From the NCBI RefSeq assembly GCF_009914755.1, contig NC_060933.1: a stretch of 64,000 bases of DNA; one strand, written 5' to 3'. The stretch is from the human T2T-CHM13v2.0 reference genome, Homo sapiens. Positions within the stretch are counted from its first letter, which is position 1. Each line of letters opens with the position of its first letter. Under the pieces are notes generated by a model. The model did not search any database. It was not told the origin of the DNA and saw nothing but the letters and a program-made list of their open reading frames with translations. Below are positions 14,888 through 31,419 of the stretch, one piece after another. The position numbers and the translations under genes were made by a program.

Positions 14888-15182
14888 GGCTGGGTGCAGT
14901 GGCTCACGCCTGTAACGCGCTTTGGGAGGCCGAGGTGGGTGGATCACGAGGTCAGGTGTTCGAGATCAGCCTGACCAACATGGTGAAACCCCATCTCCAC
15001 TAAAAATACAAAAAAATTAGCCAGGCGTGGTGATGCACACCTGTTATCCAGCTACTCAGGAGGCTGAGGCAGGAGAATCGCTTGAACCAGGGAGGCGGAG
15101 GTTGCAGTGAGCCAAGATCTCACCACTGCCCTCCAGCTTGGGTGACAAAGCGAGGCTCTGTCTCAAAAAAAAAAAAAAAAAA
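14888..15182 (+). mobile_element. AluS (Sg-like)
   Basis: Sense Alu with A tail; TSD aggcactca. Confidence 0.95.
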
Positions 15183-16227
15183 GGAGGCACTCAGATCACC
15201 CACTATTTTCATAAATTATGCTTTTCGAAGATGTTTTTCAAAATAGTAAATTTTCAAAAGCTTAAAACTCATCTCACATGTTATAAAAGGGCATTCTCTT
15301 CCCAGAGAGCAAAGCCTTAAAAAATTTATAATAATTACTACTGTACATTTTGTCTCCTTCAGCTCTCACAACATGGTAGTTTCAAGGGTTCCTTCAGGGG
15401 CTTACTGGGAAGGAGGCAGCTATGGGCATGGCCCAACAGTCATTCCCCTGTTGCCATGGTTACTAGCCAAGCTAAGCCCTTCTTATGGGTTTCAGCCTGT
15501 CCCTCATTCTTCCCCAGAAGCTTGGAAGGCCCAAACTTTAAAACTTCCTATGCAAGCAGGGAGAGGAGAAAGGAGTCATTCCTCCCCTACCAGAATGAGA
15601 GTGCCCTGACCCCTAACTGCACATGCAGCTTCCTTGGTAAGAGTCCTGCTACTAGCTGCCAGTCACCTACTACCCTGTCTCTTGTCTCTTTACCCACCGA
15701 GAGGGAGGAAGGTCGTGGGCAGGAAAGGGGAACATCAACTCCATGGGATTGTGCAGAACTCTTTTTGGAGGGAGTTGGACTTTCCAAAGTGTTTGAGCAA
15801 GGCTTCAAGCAAATCTTTAATCTCATGAGGCAGGGTGACCTCAGCTGGCGTGTGAGTTACACATGTGTTAGCTTCTTTATTCCTCAAAATAACCATAAAA
15901 TGTAAGGATTATTATATACCTATTTGGTAAATGAGGAAACTAAAATCTGGATAAGTGATTTCCCAAAATTACAAAGCTAAGTAGGGATGGAGTTGAGATT
16001 CAAGCCAGGATTGATATGAGAACCCAAACTCTTACTCATGACATAATATAGCCCCTCTATGGACATACATTTTAATTTATTAGCAAGATCTCATTTGCAC
16101 ACAAAGCACTCCTATGGAAGTCAGAGTGAACTGATCAGAGGGCATCAGCCACATGAGTGTTTCAGAGAGGTCATCACTTTTCCTGCTATGGTTTGCCTAT
16201 TAATTCATGTTCAAAAATTATTCAACA

Positions 16228-16524
<297 letters not shown>

Positions 16525-16536
16525 TTATTCAACATT

Positions 16537-16838
16537 GCCGGGTGAGGTGGAGGTGGCAGTGCCTGTAGTCACAGCTCCTCAGGAGGCTGAGCTGGGAGGG
16601 TCTCTTGAGTCCAGGAGTTCTGGGCTGTAGTGCACTATGCTGATTGGGTGAATGCACTAAGTTGGACATCGATATGGGGACCTTCTGGGGGAGTGGGACC
16701 ACTGGGTTGCCTAAGGAGGGGTGAACTGGCCCAGGCTGGAAACAGAACAGGTCAAAACACCCCTGCTGATCAGTATTGGAATCACACCTGTGAATAGCTA
16801 AAGCATGCCAGCCTGGGCAACACAGTGAGACCCCCTCT
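16537..16838 (+). pseudogene. 7SL (SRP) RNA retropseudogene, full length (RN7SL-P family)
   Basis: Carries the 7SL S domain absent from Alu (ggagttctgggctgtagtgcactatgc...gcactaagtt...ggttgcctaaggaggggtgaac...caggtcaaaac...gctgatcagta...cctgtgaatagc) between Alu-domain ends. Confidence 0.95.
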
Positions 16839-16880
16839 ATAAGTAATTAAAGTAAAAATTATTTTTAATTTAAATTATTC

Positions 16881-17185
16881 TTTTTATTATTACTATTTTT
16901 TGAGACAGAGGCTCGCTCTATCACCCAGGCTGGAACGTAGTGACGTGATCGTAACTTACTGCAACCTCAAACTCTTGGGCTCAAGCAGTCCTCCCACTTC
17001 AGCCTCCTGAGTAGCTGGGATTACAGGCATGTGCCACCAGACCCGGCTAATTTTTTTTTTTTTAATGTAGAGACAGGATCTCACTATGTTGTCCAGACTG
17101 GTCTCGAACTCCTGGCTTCCAGTGATCCTCCCACCTCTGCCTCCTGAGGCATTGGGATTATAGGTTTGAGCCACCACAACTGGCC
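16881..17185 (-). mobile_element. AluJ
   Basis: Antisense Alu with J diagnostics, inside the 7SL tail. Confidence 0.92.
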
Positions 17186-17466
17186 AAAATAAAAATTATT
17201 GAATATTCATTTTATTCTAAGCACTAAATAAGAAATAACTAGACATTGGTCCTACACTGAGTTGTTTACAGCCTGTACTCAAATAATTATGATTCAGTCT
17301 TACAGGTGCCCCAGAAGGGGAATGTGCAATGTGTATGAGAGTCATAGGAGTGGATGACAGCTTTGGAGAATTGTTCAAGTCTTGAGAGAAGACACGAATT
17401 TTAGCTTAATCTATGTAACTGGGTAGAATAGAGGAACCAGAAATCTTACTTATTTTTTCTCTTTAA

Positions 17467-17793
<327 letters not shown>

Positions 17794-17795
17794 TA

Positions 17796-19260
<1,465 letters not shown>

Positions 19261-19440
19261 GAATCAGAGATCTTGTTCAAAAATCTTAGTTCTATATCTG
19301 CTGTGACTTTTGGTAACTAACTTAATATTTCTGAGCCTTGTGACAGGAATGAGAAAAGACACTCCTCATAGGGTTGGTGGAAATATTACATAACATAAAG
19401 CATGTGGAGTTTACATATTAATGAGAGTGAGCATTGTTAC
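19261..19440 (+). mobile_element. MIR
   Basis: ctgtgacttttggtaactaacttaatatttctgagcc core-like. Confidence 0.6.
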
Positions 19441-19534
19441 CTGTAAGATTATTGTCGTAGATGGTGGAAAAGGGGTTCACAAATAATCAGAGAAACTTCA
19501 TTCCCGAGCGAAGTCCCAGTGGGAGCTGTAGTGA

Positions 19535-19904
<370 letters not shown>

Positions 19905-20389
19905 TGATTTTTTTGACTTTATATGCATATGACTGGTCTCCAGACTCTGACCCAAAGCTATCCCTAGATGGAAATCTGGGGATATATGGCCTGTAGCCTG
20001 GGGAATCCTATGCTGCTTTGGAGATCAGCTGATTGGCAGTGACTCACGGAGGGAGGCAACAGATGAGGGAGGTGGGGGTGGGATGAAAATACCTGAGACT
20101 CCAGGTATTTTCTCTTTTTGTCCCCCAGCCATCACCACCCATCTCTGTTTGTCCCCCACCCGTCACCACCACCAATCAGAGAACTTTACCTAGACCTCCC
20201 AGGTTTGCTTCTTTGGGTTTCCTCTCTTGTCCAGACCAGTTTTTCACTTTATTCCCTTAACAGCCCATCTAGAATTTCCCACAACAATAAAAACTATTAT
20301 TAACAATTTATTTGGGCTGCATAATTTTACGGAGAATGCATATGCCTATAACTAATTTAGCTAGACTTGTGCATAATTATTCCCTAAGC

Positions 20390-20650
20390 CATCTCTGACT
20401 GAGTTGAAACACAGTAATAGTGCCTCTCCTGTGCTTGGCACGATCCTAATTCTGTAAGTCTATTTACCCATTTAATTCTAATCACCTCCCTAAGAGGCCA
20501 GCACTATTGTCACCACAGTTTTACTAACAGGGAAACCAAAGTGGAGCAACACAAAGCACTGTGACCAAAGTCCTGTTATTAGTCAGCAGCAGAGCTGAAA
20601 TTTGAACCTGGCAATCTAGGACCAAAGTATGCGCTCTTAATGCAAATTAA
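20390..20650 (-). mobile_element. MIR
   Basis: cagggaaaccaaag...gcagagctgaaatttgaacctggc. Confidence 0.6.
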
Positions 20651-20811
20651 TGCCGTACTGTACCTATAGAGAAGTCAACCAATACCTGTATACTTGGTGT
20701 TTAAGGATAAAGGTAAATTTTTTGTGGGTCAAAAAAGCCACTTTCTGGCCTGTACTCTGAGCAGGTGGTTTTAGCTATACCGTAAATAATTTGTTTTGTC
20801 TGAATCTTTCA

Positions 20812-21168
<357 letters not shown>

Positions 21169-21417
21169 CTAAGTAGGTCGATATATGATTGGCTTGTTTT
21201 GATATTCCTGTAGTTCTCAGTTTTCTAAGATGACTCCTTGGCCTCAGCAATTTTCTGGCACAGTGTGAGGGCGTGTACTCAGTCCAGCAATTTGATAGAA
21301 AGAGAGAGGACAATGAGAACACAGGTAAAGATAAATATCAAGTGGAGTGAAAGTTGTAGCAACAAAGTGGTCAGACCTAAAAGTGTGTAATAGGTACAGA
21401 ATTTATATGCCTTTTGA

Positions 21418-21773
<356 letters not shown>

Positions 21774-21960
21774 TGAAATCATTTGTATTTTTAAAAATTT
21801 AGCAGCAATGAAAATAAAGACCTCAAGAAAAGATTAAAAAGTGAGTGTTAAGCAGATTCAGGGAGGTTGCCAATGGCTACCACTTTATCAATGTTCTTTG
21901 GAGTCTCCAATGACTTGCTTGATCATTTAACTAATGTCTTCTCATTTCTTTTCCATATAG

Positions 21961-22044
21961 TCACCCTGAACACATTAACATCAATAATGGTCAGGCCCAG
22001 CTGATTCAAACTCTATACATTATAGAGCAGGATATTTTGTTAAG
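21961..22044 (+). other. Candidate 84-nt symmetric (phase 2/2) exon
   Basis: ttaactaatgtcttctcatttcttttccatatag|T ... AAG|gtaact; one open frame HPEHININNGQAQLIQTLYIIEQDILL. Confidence 0.35.
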
Positions 22045-22714
22045 GTAACTAGTAATAAATCAATTTTTAAAAGCCATTTTAGTTATCTGCAAAAATAAGT
22101 GGTTTTAGGTTTCAGGTATCATAGTTTTTCAACATACACATTATCTTCTTAAATGGAATTTTGTCTTGGGAACTTTTAACATAAAATTTTTAAGGCTGGA
22201 ATTATCCAATCGCAAGAGAATCCATTAAAGCAAAGAAAGGGAAAGGCAAATCATGTTCTCTTGATATCTGGCCCAGTTAGGTTGCCAGTTATTGATTTAG
22301 TCTGGGATATACTAGCATTAAATCTTCCTCATTATGCAAGTCCTGTGTGTCTTCTTAGCTTCTCTACCTATCCTTTAATCTCTGGGTGCAAACCTAAGTG
22401 CAACAGGCACAAAGCACTTTAATATGTCCTGTGTCACTGGGAATACATTTATTCAGAAAATTCCCCCCACCATTATGAGTTGGTTTGGTTTGGAAGGGAA
22501 TCCTCTTAATAATTAAAGCATCCCATTGTTCACCCCACATAGTGACCTGAACCAAAAGCCATTCTAGATCACAATGATTGTGTTTGTGACTTCTTCTTTG
22601 GAACACTAAGAAGAACACTAAGAATGTTCTTCTTTGGAGCAGCCTACATTTTTGAAATCCCCACTGTGAATTATGCATAATAATCTAGGTCAGAGTGACT
22701 CCTTCAAGTCTTCT

Positions 22715-22980
22715 AGGACTTGCTACTCAGAATACGGTCTGTGGACCAGACCCCTCAAAAACGCCAAATCTCAGGCCCCACCCTCAACAGACCAGATCAG
22801 AATCTGCCTTTTACAAGAGAACCACTTGAACCTGGGATGGGGAGGTTGCAGTGAACCAAGATCACGCCACTGCACTCCAGCCTGGGTAAAAGAGTGAGAC
22901 TCCATCTCACAAAAAAGAATCTGCTTTTTAATGATCTCCAAGTGACTGGTATATGCATTAAAGTTTCAGAAGCTCTGCTC
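22715..22980. mobile_element. MER5-type hAT relic interrupted by a truncated Alu
   Basis: ggtctgtggaccag...tcaggccccaccc...cagaatctgc...gcattaaagttt. Confidence 0.7.
22814..22915 (+). mobile_element. 5'-truncated Alu (right-arm end)
   Basis: cttgaacctgggatggggaggttgcagtg...; TSD agaatctgc[c/t]tttta. Confidence 0.9.
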
Positions 22981-23914
22981 TAGTAAGTGGGTACAGAGGA
23001 TAAGGTCAGTAATTCGGAGCTAATGCAACTGGACAAAGAAGGTATCTTCCTGCAACTCACCCATAAAGAAATAAAAGAATTATCCGTAGGCAATGCTTAT
23101 ACAAGTTATTAGTTTCCAAACAAATTGCATTCTTGAGCTGCAGTTGGGTTTATTTCTGGACAGAATAGCATGAAAGTGTTAAAGAGGATGAAATGATAAG
23201 GTAGTGGGTTAATTTGACTGGAGGAGGTTCAATCTGACCAGGTGTGAGGATAAAATCAAGTCTTATCTTTAGCACACTGATCTACTGGCTTTGGTCTTTA
23301 TCTGTCACTTTTATTCATCATTTTCTTAACTCCCACTGACAACCCACAGATCACCAGACATGATTAGCTGTTAATTGTTTTGGCAAGATGCTTAATATTA
23401 CCACTTTGACTGTTAGTAGCATTGATCTAGGAACAACTTTTATTTCTTCTTAAAGCATTTCCATGTCATTTTGTAGACTTTCTTTGTCTACGTCATCATA
23501 ATAAGGAATAAGGCAAAAGAAAGACATATGTGAATAATTTGGTTTTGTAAATATACTACATATGCTACATGTGGGCATTGACTTGAAAATATTCCAGAAA
23601 AATCATTTAAGTTGCTAGATTTATGATCATTAATATAATTCTGTCTACTGGACTATAAGCATAATAGTTATAGGGACTATATTTTCTGGATCCAAAATTA
23701 AAACAATATATAACCAAGAGCAAGGTATTTAAAATTATATGCGTCCTTGGAAATTTGATGAGTAGGTTAATTATTATTCACTAATACAAAAATGATTCTA
23801 TAAAAATTTACAAATGACAGGATCACCGTTGAGTTAAATGAAACTCTTTATTTTGGGGTTACATCTCTAATCTTTTTGGGGACACTCAATAATGTATGTT
23901 ATGGCTTACGTTAT

Positions 23915-24590
23915 TAAGACTTTTAATTGAAGTATAATGCACATGGAGAAAGGCACATATTATCCTAAGTATATCACTTGATACGTTTTCACAGAACAAA
24001 CACACTCATCAAAAAACGGAATAGAATCAGAACCACGGAAGCCTTTCTTGTGCCCCCTTGTGTTTTTTTCTGCTTTTCCTCCTATGCAGGTAACCTCTAT
24101 CATGCCCTTTAACAGCACAATTTAGTCAGTTTTGTACTTTTATATAAACAAAATCATACAGCATATTCTCTTTTGTATATGGCTTTTTAATTTCAATATT
24201 GTTTTTGAGATATATCAAATTGCTGTATAGAATTCTACTGTGTGAATATACGACACTACGCCTTTTACAGTTGATGGCCATGAAGGCAGTTTTAGTTCTG
24301 GGATATTACAATCAATGCTGTTCTGAACATTCTAGTACATATTTTTGGGTGAACATAGATAGGTATTTGTGTTAGGTGTCTATCTGACAGTGGAGTTTCT
24401 GGATACGCAGTGTTTCACTTTGGTAGATTCCACGAGCTAAAGGGGTTATATCAATTTACATATCAGTGTATGAGAAATCAAGTCTTCCCACATCCTCTCC
24501 AGAAGTTATTATTTTCTGACTTATAAAAAACTTTAGCCATTCTGCATGACTAGTGATACCACATTTAGATTTTGATTTGATTTTTGATAT
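23915..24590 (-). mobile_element. L1ME-type 3' fragment
   Basis: ttttaattgaagtataat...aatcatacagcatattc...gccattctg. Confidence 0.7.
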
Positions 24591-25764
24591 GGCTTACATT
24601 TAACCGAGGTTCGAGGAGACTCATGTTGAATCTCTATTATAAGTGGTTGTAGTGCTGCAATCACTGGTCGATTGGGATAAAACTAGGCATGATTTGTGAA
24701 ATCTAAAATGTTTATTTGCTTAAAAAAATCTACTCTGTGAAGTTTTACTTGAAATTTTTATTATTGACACTTACCCTTCAAGCTCTTATGCAGCTGTGGA
24801 CCTCTTACCTGAGGTAGATAATTATGCAGCCTGTAGAAATTACTTAAGTCATAACTGAATATGTTTAATTTGATTAACTCATCACCATTATTTATCATGA
24901 TGGTGAGAAGATCCTTGAAAAGTGGTATGCATGATTTTATTGAAGAGTGTTAGTTAATAGAACAGGGAAGGTGGTAGGTGTATGAGTGGGCAAGGAAGTG
25001 CAGAAGTGTCAAGCTCATGGCACTGAATAAATACGTGGAGTCTTTGGGAGGTTGGGATGGCCAGGGGGCCTCCCATCATGGGGTAAAAAGAGTAACCCAA
25101 GAGTGTATTATTGCTTTACTAGTCTAGACCATAAACAAATTAGACTTTTACCCCTGATTGGCCCTGAATGCAATAGACAGGTGCAGATTCTTTTGTGTAA
25201 AGAGAAAATAGCTGTATACTCCTAGACAGCAAATGTTCATCAACTTCAAATTACACCTCAAATGCTGCTGGTGTCTGGACCATTGATGGATGAGCTAGGT
25301 CTTTCCAGGTCTAATGCTGAGTAATGCAAATTAGATTCTCTTGAGTTATGCCTAGTGCAGCTGTAGGGCACAAAACAGTTGCCAGGGACATATCTCCATG
25401 CCAAATTCTTGCCAATGTTGTTAATAGTATTGTACCCTGTACATGTGCAAGCACTCTTAGTTTTATTAATGACGATACTATGCTTTTGCCCTTTCTTTCA
25501 CCTTTTAATTTTTGAATAGAGAATAACTTTGGTTTCATCCTGTTTGGAAAGTAAGTACTAAACTGAAAGGCATGCCCACAGCCTATTCTCCTACTAAGCA
25601 AGCAGCGAGTGGGATCAGCTCATTTAAACAGCTCTGCTGTTTCTTGTGGATTTGCATGCTATGGGGAATGGAGGATGTAGAGAAGAGACAGAAAAATGCC
25701 TAGGTCTTGTAGCAAGAGAGGAAAGCATCTTCATGGGCAGGAATTCCATTTCTGTGTTTCTTAG

Positions 25765-25897
25765 GGTTTGTGGCTGGCCATCAGTTCAACTCAGCCCCTG
25801 TCCCCTGATCCAGCAACATTTCCGTAACTACCCTCTAGAAGTCATGCAAAGAGAAATGATGACCACAGAAGCCATGATAATCACTTGTTATAAGTGA
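25765..25897 (+). other. Candidate exon (phase 2 entry; stop at 25895-25897, or donor after 25893)
   Basis: catttctgtgtttcttag|G acceptor; open frame VCGWPSVQLSPCPLIQQHFRNYPLEVMQREMMTTEAMIITCYK. Confidence 0.33.
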
Positions 25898-26371
25898 GCA
25901 TATAGCAGAAAAAGGGAGAAGATTATTCTCCCTTCTACAATAAGAACAGAAAGATGGCTCTAGATTGAGTTGCTCTTGTGCTATGGCATGTTAGTTTGCA
26001 AGCTATATAACAAAAGTAACTGTTAAAATATATGTTAATTGTGGTAGCTCTGATAGGTTTTTTATGTACCTTTATCATGTGCTTCAAAAGCTCTTTTTAA
26101 CCACATCAATTCAATCCAATTAGTCTCCCCCAAAATATGGGATTACTGGCAAAAATGTGTAATGTTTTGTATGTAATATTACAAAGAGGTACTCAATTTG
26201 CTTCCCTCAAATCGTGTCCTACATACTTTATTTAGGTTTCATTTATAATCTCAGATATTGTCTTGTCAAAAAAAATTCTCAGCTGTCTATGATATACAAA
26301 CATGTAAAAACAGTGTTCCAGTAGAACCTCAGGTGGAACCAATAGCACTGAGACCCACCTAGTCATGCTAA

Positions 26372-26385
26372 CCACTAGAGGGCAA
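26372..26385 (+). promoter_or_regulatory. CTCF core motif
   Basis: CCACTAGAGGGCA matches CCASYAGRKGGCR exactly. Confidence 0.6.
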
Positions 26386-28890
26386 TATTGGCCATGTACT
26401 TTGGGCTCTAACTCCACCGAGGAGAGCAGTGTAGCTACAGAACTCAATACATACAAATAGTCTTTGTTGAACATCTTATATGTGCTGAAATATTGGCTTG
26501 TGATGCCCTTGTACATGAATAAGACTTCATTCTTAATCTTGAGGAGTACATGTTAAAAAAGAAGAGATTATAATCACATATCCATTATGATGAAACCATG
26601 AATTGTATTTCAAATTTTGTTTCCATACTAATTGATAGATGATGCACCAATTCAATGCTGATAGCATTAAATAGAGATACAAATATTGCCACATGAAAAC
26701 TATTCAAAGCATAAATGGAATTAATTTGGAGGACAGAATGATCTGTTTTTATTATTCACTATAGAATGATCTAATTTAAATAAACATATCTTGCTGATTT
26801 TTTAATGGGTCAATGATTTATCTTATAGTATAGGTAGACCATCTATTTTCTCTTAGTAGGACTCATAATTTTCATTAGTTTTACTAGTAAAAAGATGAGA
26901 GTAAGTTCTTACTGAATTATCTATCATTCATCTCCAGAATTAAGTATTATTTTGTAATTTAAATGAAATATCAGCTTAACTGGTTATTTCATAGGTTAAA
27001 TGAATGCTGAAGTCATTCAGGGTAAAGCCATAATCTTACTACTTTATTGGCTTTTCCATTAGCATAAAAATGGTATGTCAGGAATATCAGATATTAAACA
27101 CTTCCTAGATACTTTGTAAAATTTCATCAAGTGTAAGTTCTTAATTTTTAACAAATAGCAGACACAATCTTGGTATATTAATGTGATGTCAAAAAAATTA
27201 ACCATTTCAGATTAAGACAACATTTGTGTGTTTCTTAAACATTAAAGATAAAAAGATGTAGTACCATTAAAGCTGACAGCTTTTCAGTCAACATTGATTA
27301 AATTAAGCTCAGTTTGGAGAATAGGAAGTGAAGAAACCAGACTAGAGCAAATAAAAAAATCTCAGTTAACAACATTACAGTTGTGACATGTGGACAAAAG
27401 CCAGATTAAGCAGATGCTATCATCAATTCATTTGTTGCCATGTTTGCAATGTGGCAACTGGCTTCAGAGACAGAAGATATTCTGGAAGTGGTGCATCCTG
27501 GGATGCCGTTTTTTGTTTACTCCACAAATGATCATCAGTCATAATGATGCAGTGATATTGGTCCTCACATCAGGAACTGTCAAAGGGAATCAAGGGAGAC
27601 CAAAGCATTAGTTCTTATTCTTTTAAAAAAAGAAAAAATCTCAAATATTTCTAGATTTTCCCTAAAGGAAAACAAACTCTCCTTTTCCCTGAAAAACAGA
27701 ATCTATAAGCATTTTTAATATATTTAGGAACTTATTTATGACATATATAACTTAGGTAGCTCAACAGACCAAAATTCCATCAAGTGAAGAGATAAGCATG
27801 CATTACATGGCTTCTTTATTTAATTACAAAATACAAAAGCCCATTAGCAGAATAGCCTGTTGGCCTGGAGAGAGAATGCTGGCCTGCCATGTGGTAGACC
27901 TGCAGTTTTCTCCCCTGCTCTGGCTTGCCAAGTTGGCGGGGGCTTGGAGAGGAGTCACTGTGTACAGAGTCAACATCAAGAAGGAAATGTGTAATGATGC
28001 TGAACTCTGACCACTTCATTGTCTTCACATTAGGGAAATAAACATTAAATTCCTACAAAATATGATTATAAAAGGCCTTTTATAAGTGTTTTATTTATAA
28101 TTTGAATTTGAACCAAATATCTCTAGAAAAAATATTAATGAAATTATAAATATAAACCTATATTCTAGTGTGGATTCTGTTACCAGCTATGCAATGAGGG
28201 AGAAATCATTTTAAATAACTTAAAATGTCTGTTTTTTGTATTTGCTTTGTATTGATAACTGACCTGACTTAACCGTAGGAAGTGTATGTGGATCAAGTGA
28301 CATTATGTATGTGAACAACACCATGTACATTGGAAAGCAGAGGTCCTTGTTCTGGCATTCATGGCTTGTTGTAAGGCCTTCCCTGAAGTGACATTAGAAG
28401 TAGATGTGAGTACCCTTATGTTTACTAGGAGGGCTTACATCTACTTCTCAAAAGTGTTTTTGACCCTGAAGAAGATTTGAAGAAAAATCACTGCTGTAAA
28501 TGTGAAATATATGTAAGTTATCTTATTTTCACTATTATTCCATTAAATGATTCATTTTAAAATCTTTTAACTCTTTTGTTATTTCAGAGTTGAGTGGTAA
28601 TTTTAATTTCACGTTGATAATTTGTTCCCCAGTTTACACAGATGCATCCTTCTCAAATGCAAAGAGAAGACAAATCAATGCTCTTGATGGGAGACTATCA
28701 TACTTTCAGGTCGAGACATTTTTTAATGTAATTTTTAAAAGCCTGTAATACCAGATGTTCACTGAAAGGAGGAAAAAAGGCTTGGGAGTAGGCAGAAGTG
28801 CCTCAGAGAGTGGGGATATCCCCTCTCCAAGGAGAGCATTTGACAAGGAGAGAAGAAGGGGCATCCCCATTGGCTGGATATCTATCGGGC

Positions 28891-29199
28891 TTTCTTTTAT
28901 TTTTATTTTTATTTTTTTGAGACAGTCTTTCTCTGTCGCCCACGCTGGAGTGCAGTGGTAACCATCTTGGCTCACTGCAACCTCCACCTCCTGGGTTCAA
29001 GAGATCCTCCTGCCTCAGCCTCCTGAGTAGCTGGGATTACAGGTGCCTGCCACCACATCCGGCTAATTTTTGAATTTTTAGTAGAGACAGGGTTTTACCA
29101 TGTTTGCCAGGCTGGTCTGGAACTCCTGACCTGAGGTGATTCACCTTGCTCGGCCTCCCAAAGTGCTGGGGTTACAGGCGTGAGCCACTGCACCCGGCC
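28891..29199 (-). mobile_element. AluS
   Basis: Antisense Alu; TSD ctttcttttatt. Confidence 0.95.
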
Positions 29200-29580
29200 C
29201 TTTCTTTTATTCTTTAGTCTCATTCTGTTTATTTGAAACAAAAAATTAGTACTGTTTTTAAATGATAAAATAGTACCTGTTTATGGAAATTTCTCAGATA
29301 ATACAGCCTTGCAGAGTGAAAAATCCTTCATCACCCAGTCCTCAACTCTGCAAATGGTAACTTTTATTAAATGCAAAACAATTTGTAACATTCTAAGTTA
29401 CAAATTGGATATTATTTATATCGAGTTATTTTTGGATATTATTTGTTTGATAAGTGTTTATGGAGTGCTAACTGTACCTAGCTCTCTGCTTGACTCAGGG
29501 GCAGAAAAAGTGAACAAGATGGGTGCAGCTACTGTCATCATAGATGTGCCAGTCATCGGGGGCATAGAAAAGCAAGCAGG

Positions 29581-29606
29581 TGAGACTCTGTCTCCAAAAA
29601 AAAAAA
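29581..29606 (+). mobile_element. Ultra-short Alu 3' stub
   Basis: tgagactctgtctcc + A tail between 15-bp TSDs. Confidence 0.75.
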
Positions 29607-29653
29607 AGAAAAGCAAATAGGCAATGACAATGCTGTTAAAGAATACTATCAGA

Positions 29654-29959
<306 letters not shown>

Positions 29960-30519
29960 GAATACTATGAGAAATTACAGGAGGACCATCTGAAAGGGAA
30001 GTAAAGCTAAGCTGAGATTTAGAGCAGGAGTTGGACGGCCAGTAGGTAGTGGCAGGGGAAGGTAGTAGAGCGGTCATATTTTATTATAGGACATGTATAT
30101 AAGTAATTTACTCATATAATCAATTTAAGCAAATCTTGTTTTGTAGTCTTTCTGTAAACTTCTTATCTGCTCTATTCAATCACTGGCTGATGTGATGGTT
30201 GTTTTATAAAATGTTCTCCACACCTACACAAAATCCAAATTCTATTCACTTTCAGTGGCACCAACCACAGTACCAACTCACCTGTCAAAGCTCCCTAATC
30301 ATTCAAATTCACATCCACATTCATCAAGTAAAACAGAATTGAATTAGAGATAGTCATAGACTTGTTCTCTATTTCATATGCACAAATTTATTCTTCTCAA
30401 ATAGACTTCAAGCATATTAGGAGCAAGAAATATGTATTCTTCTATACCCTGTAGCACAGTATTACTCAATATTTTGTACTGGAAACCACAGGAAAAAAAT
30501 ACAAATTATGTTGAGATTC

Positions 30520-30672
30520 AGTATGTACATATGTAATGCACTCTGCTATTTTCTATTCAATTCTATTTCATTTTATTTGTAAAAAAAAATGCTGGTCGAG
30601 ACCCACCAAAATGATTTTATGACCCTAAATTGATTTCCTTATGGGTTTCAACCTACAGTTTGAAAAATACTT
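30520..30672. mobile_element. hAT-Charlie relic
   Basis: ggtcgagacccac...aaattgatttc...cagtttgaaaaatact. Confidence 0.5.
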
Positions 30673-30895
30673 ACGTAGAATTTATAGTACAATGTTTGGC
30701 ACAGTTTTAGGGGTCAATTAAAAAAAACACTTGCTAATTGATCTGTTTAATCAGAATGTTTCTTTCAGCCACATAGGAGGGAAGGCCTTTGAACTTATAA
30801 CTTACATTACCTGGCACAAGGAAGATAGGAAAATTAAAGGGAGCAGGACCATTCTTCCCAGGATTGTGATTTTTATCAGTCTAAGATGTAATTCC

Positions 30896-31193
30896 TTTTT
30901 GTTGTTGTTGTTTGAGACAGGATTGCACTCTGCTGCCCAGACTGGAGTGCAGTGGCGTGATTGTAGCTCACTACAGCCTCAATCTCCCAGGCTCAGATGA
31001 TCCTCTGATCTCAGCCTTCCCTGTAGCTGGGACTACAGGCACGTGCCACCACGCCCAGCTAATGTATTTTGCTTTATGAAGACAGAGTTTTGCCATATTG
31101 TTCAGGCTAATCTCAAACTCCTGGGCTCAAGTGATCCACCCACCTCTGCTTCCCAAAGTGCTGGGATTATAGGCGCAAGCCACCGCATCTGGC
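30896..31193 (-). mobile_element. AluJ
   Basis: Diverged antisense Alu. Confidence 0.92.
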
Positions 31194-31419
31194 GAGATCT
31201 AATTCTTTTTATCCCTATCATGGAGTAAAACACAAGGAGCAAAATGGGGAGGTGAAACAGTTGTCTTGTTGTCATGAGTCAAATCTTCACAGCATCATTT
31301 CTTTTGTATTGCTTGAAATGTTTTGCTGGAGAACAGTCAAATGTAGATGACGTGACATTATTGGTTATTCTGTTTTATTTTCCGAGTATATAACAAAAAT
31401 GTCCAGAGTTTGGGGAACA

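Noticed and set aside
15363-15905. 149-aa ORF with a possible exon 15363-15636
   Set aside because: No recognisable domain, other frames are also open, its phase-1 exit does not fit the other candidates, and it may be an old repeat.
24775-24830. Minus-strand exon-like segment with two strong donors
   Set aside because: The acceptor lacks a pyrimidine tract, and I found no partner exons on minus.
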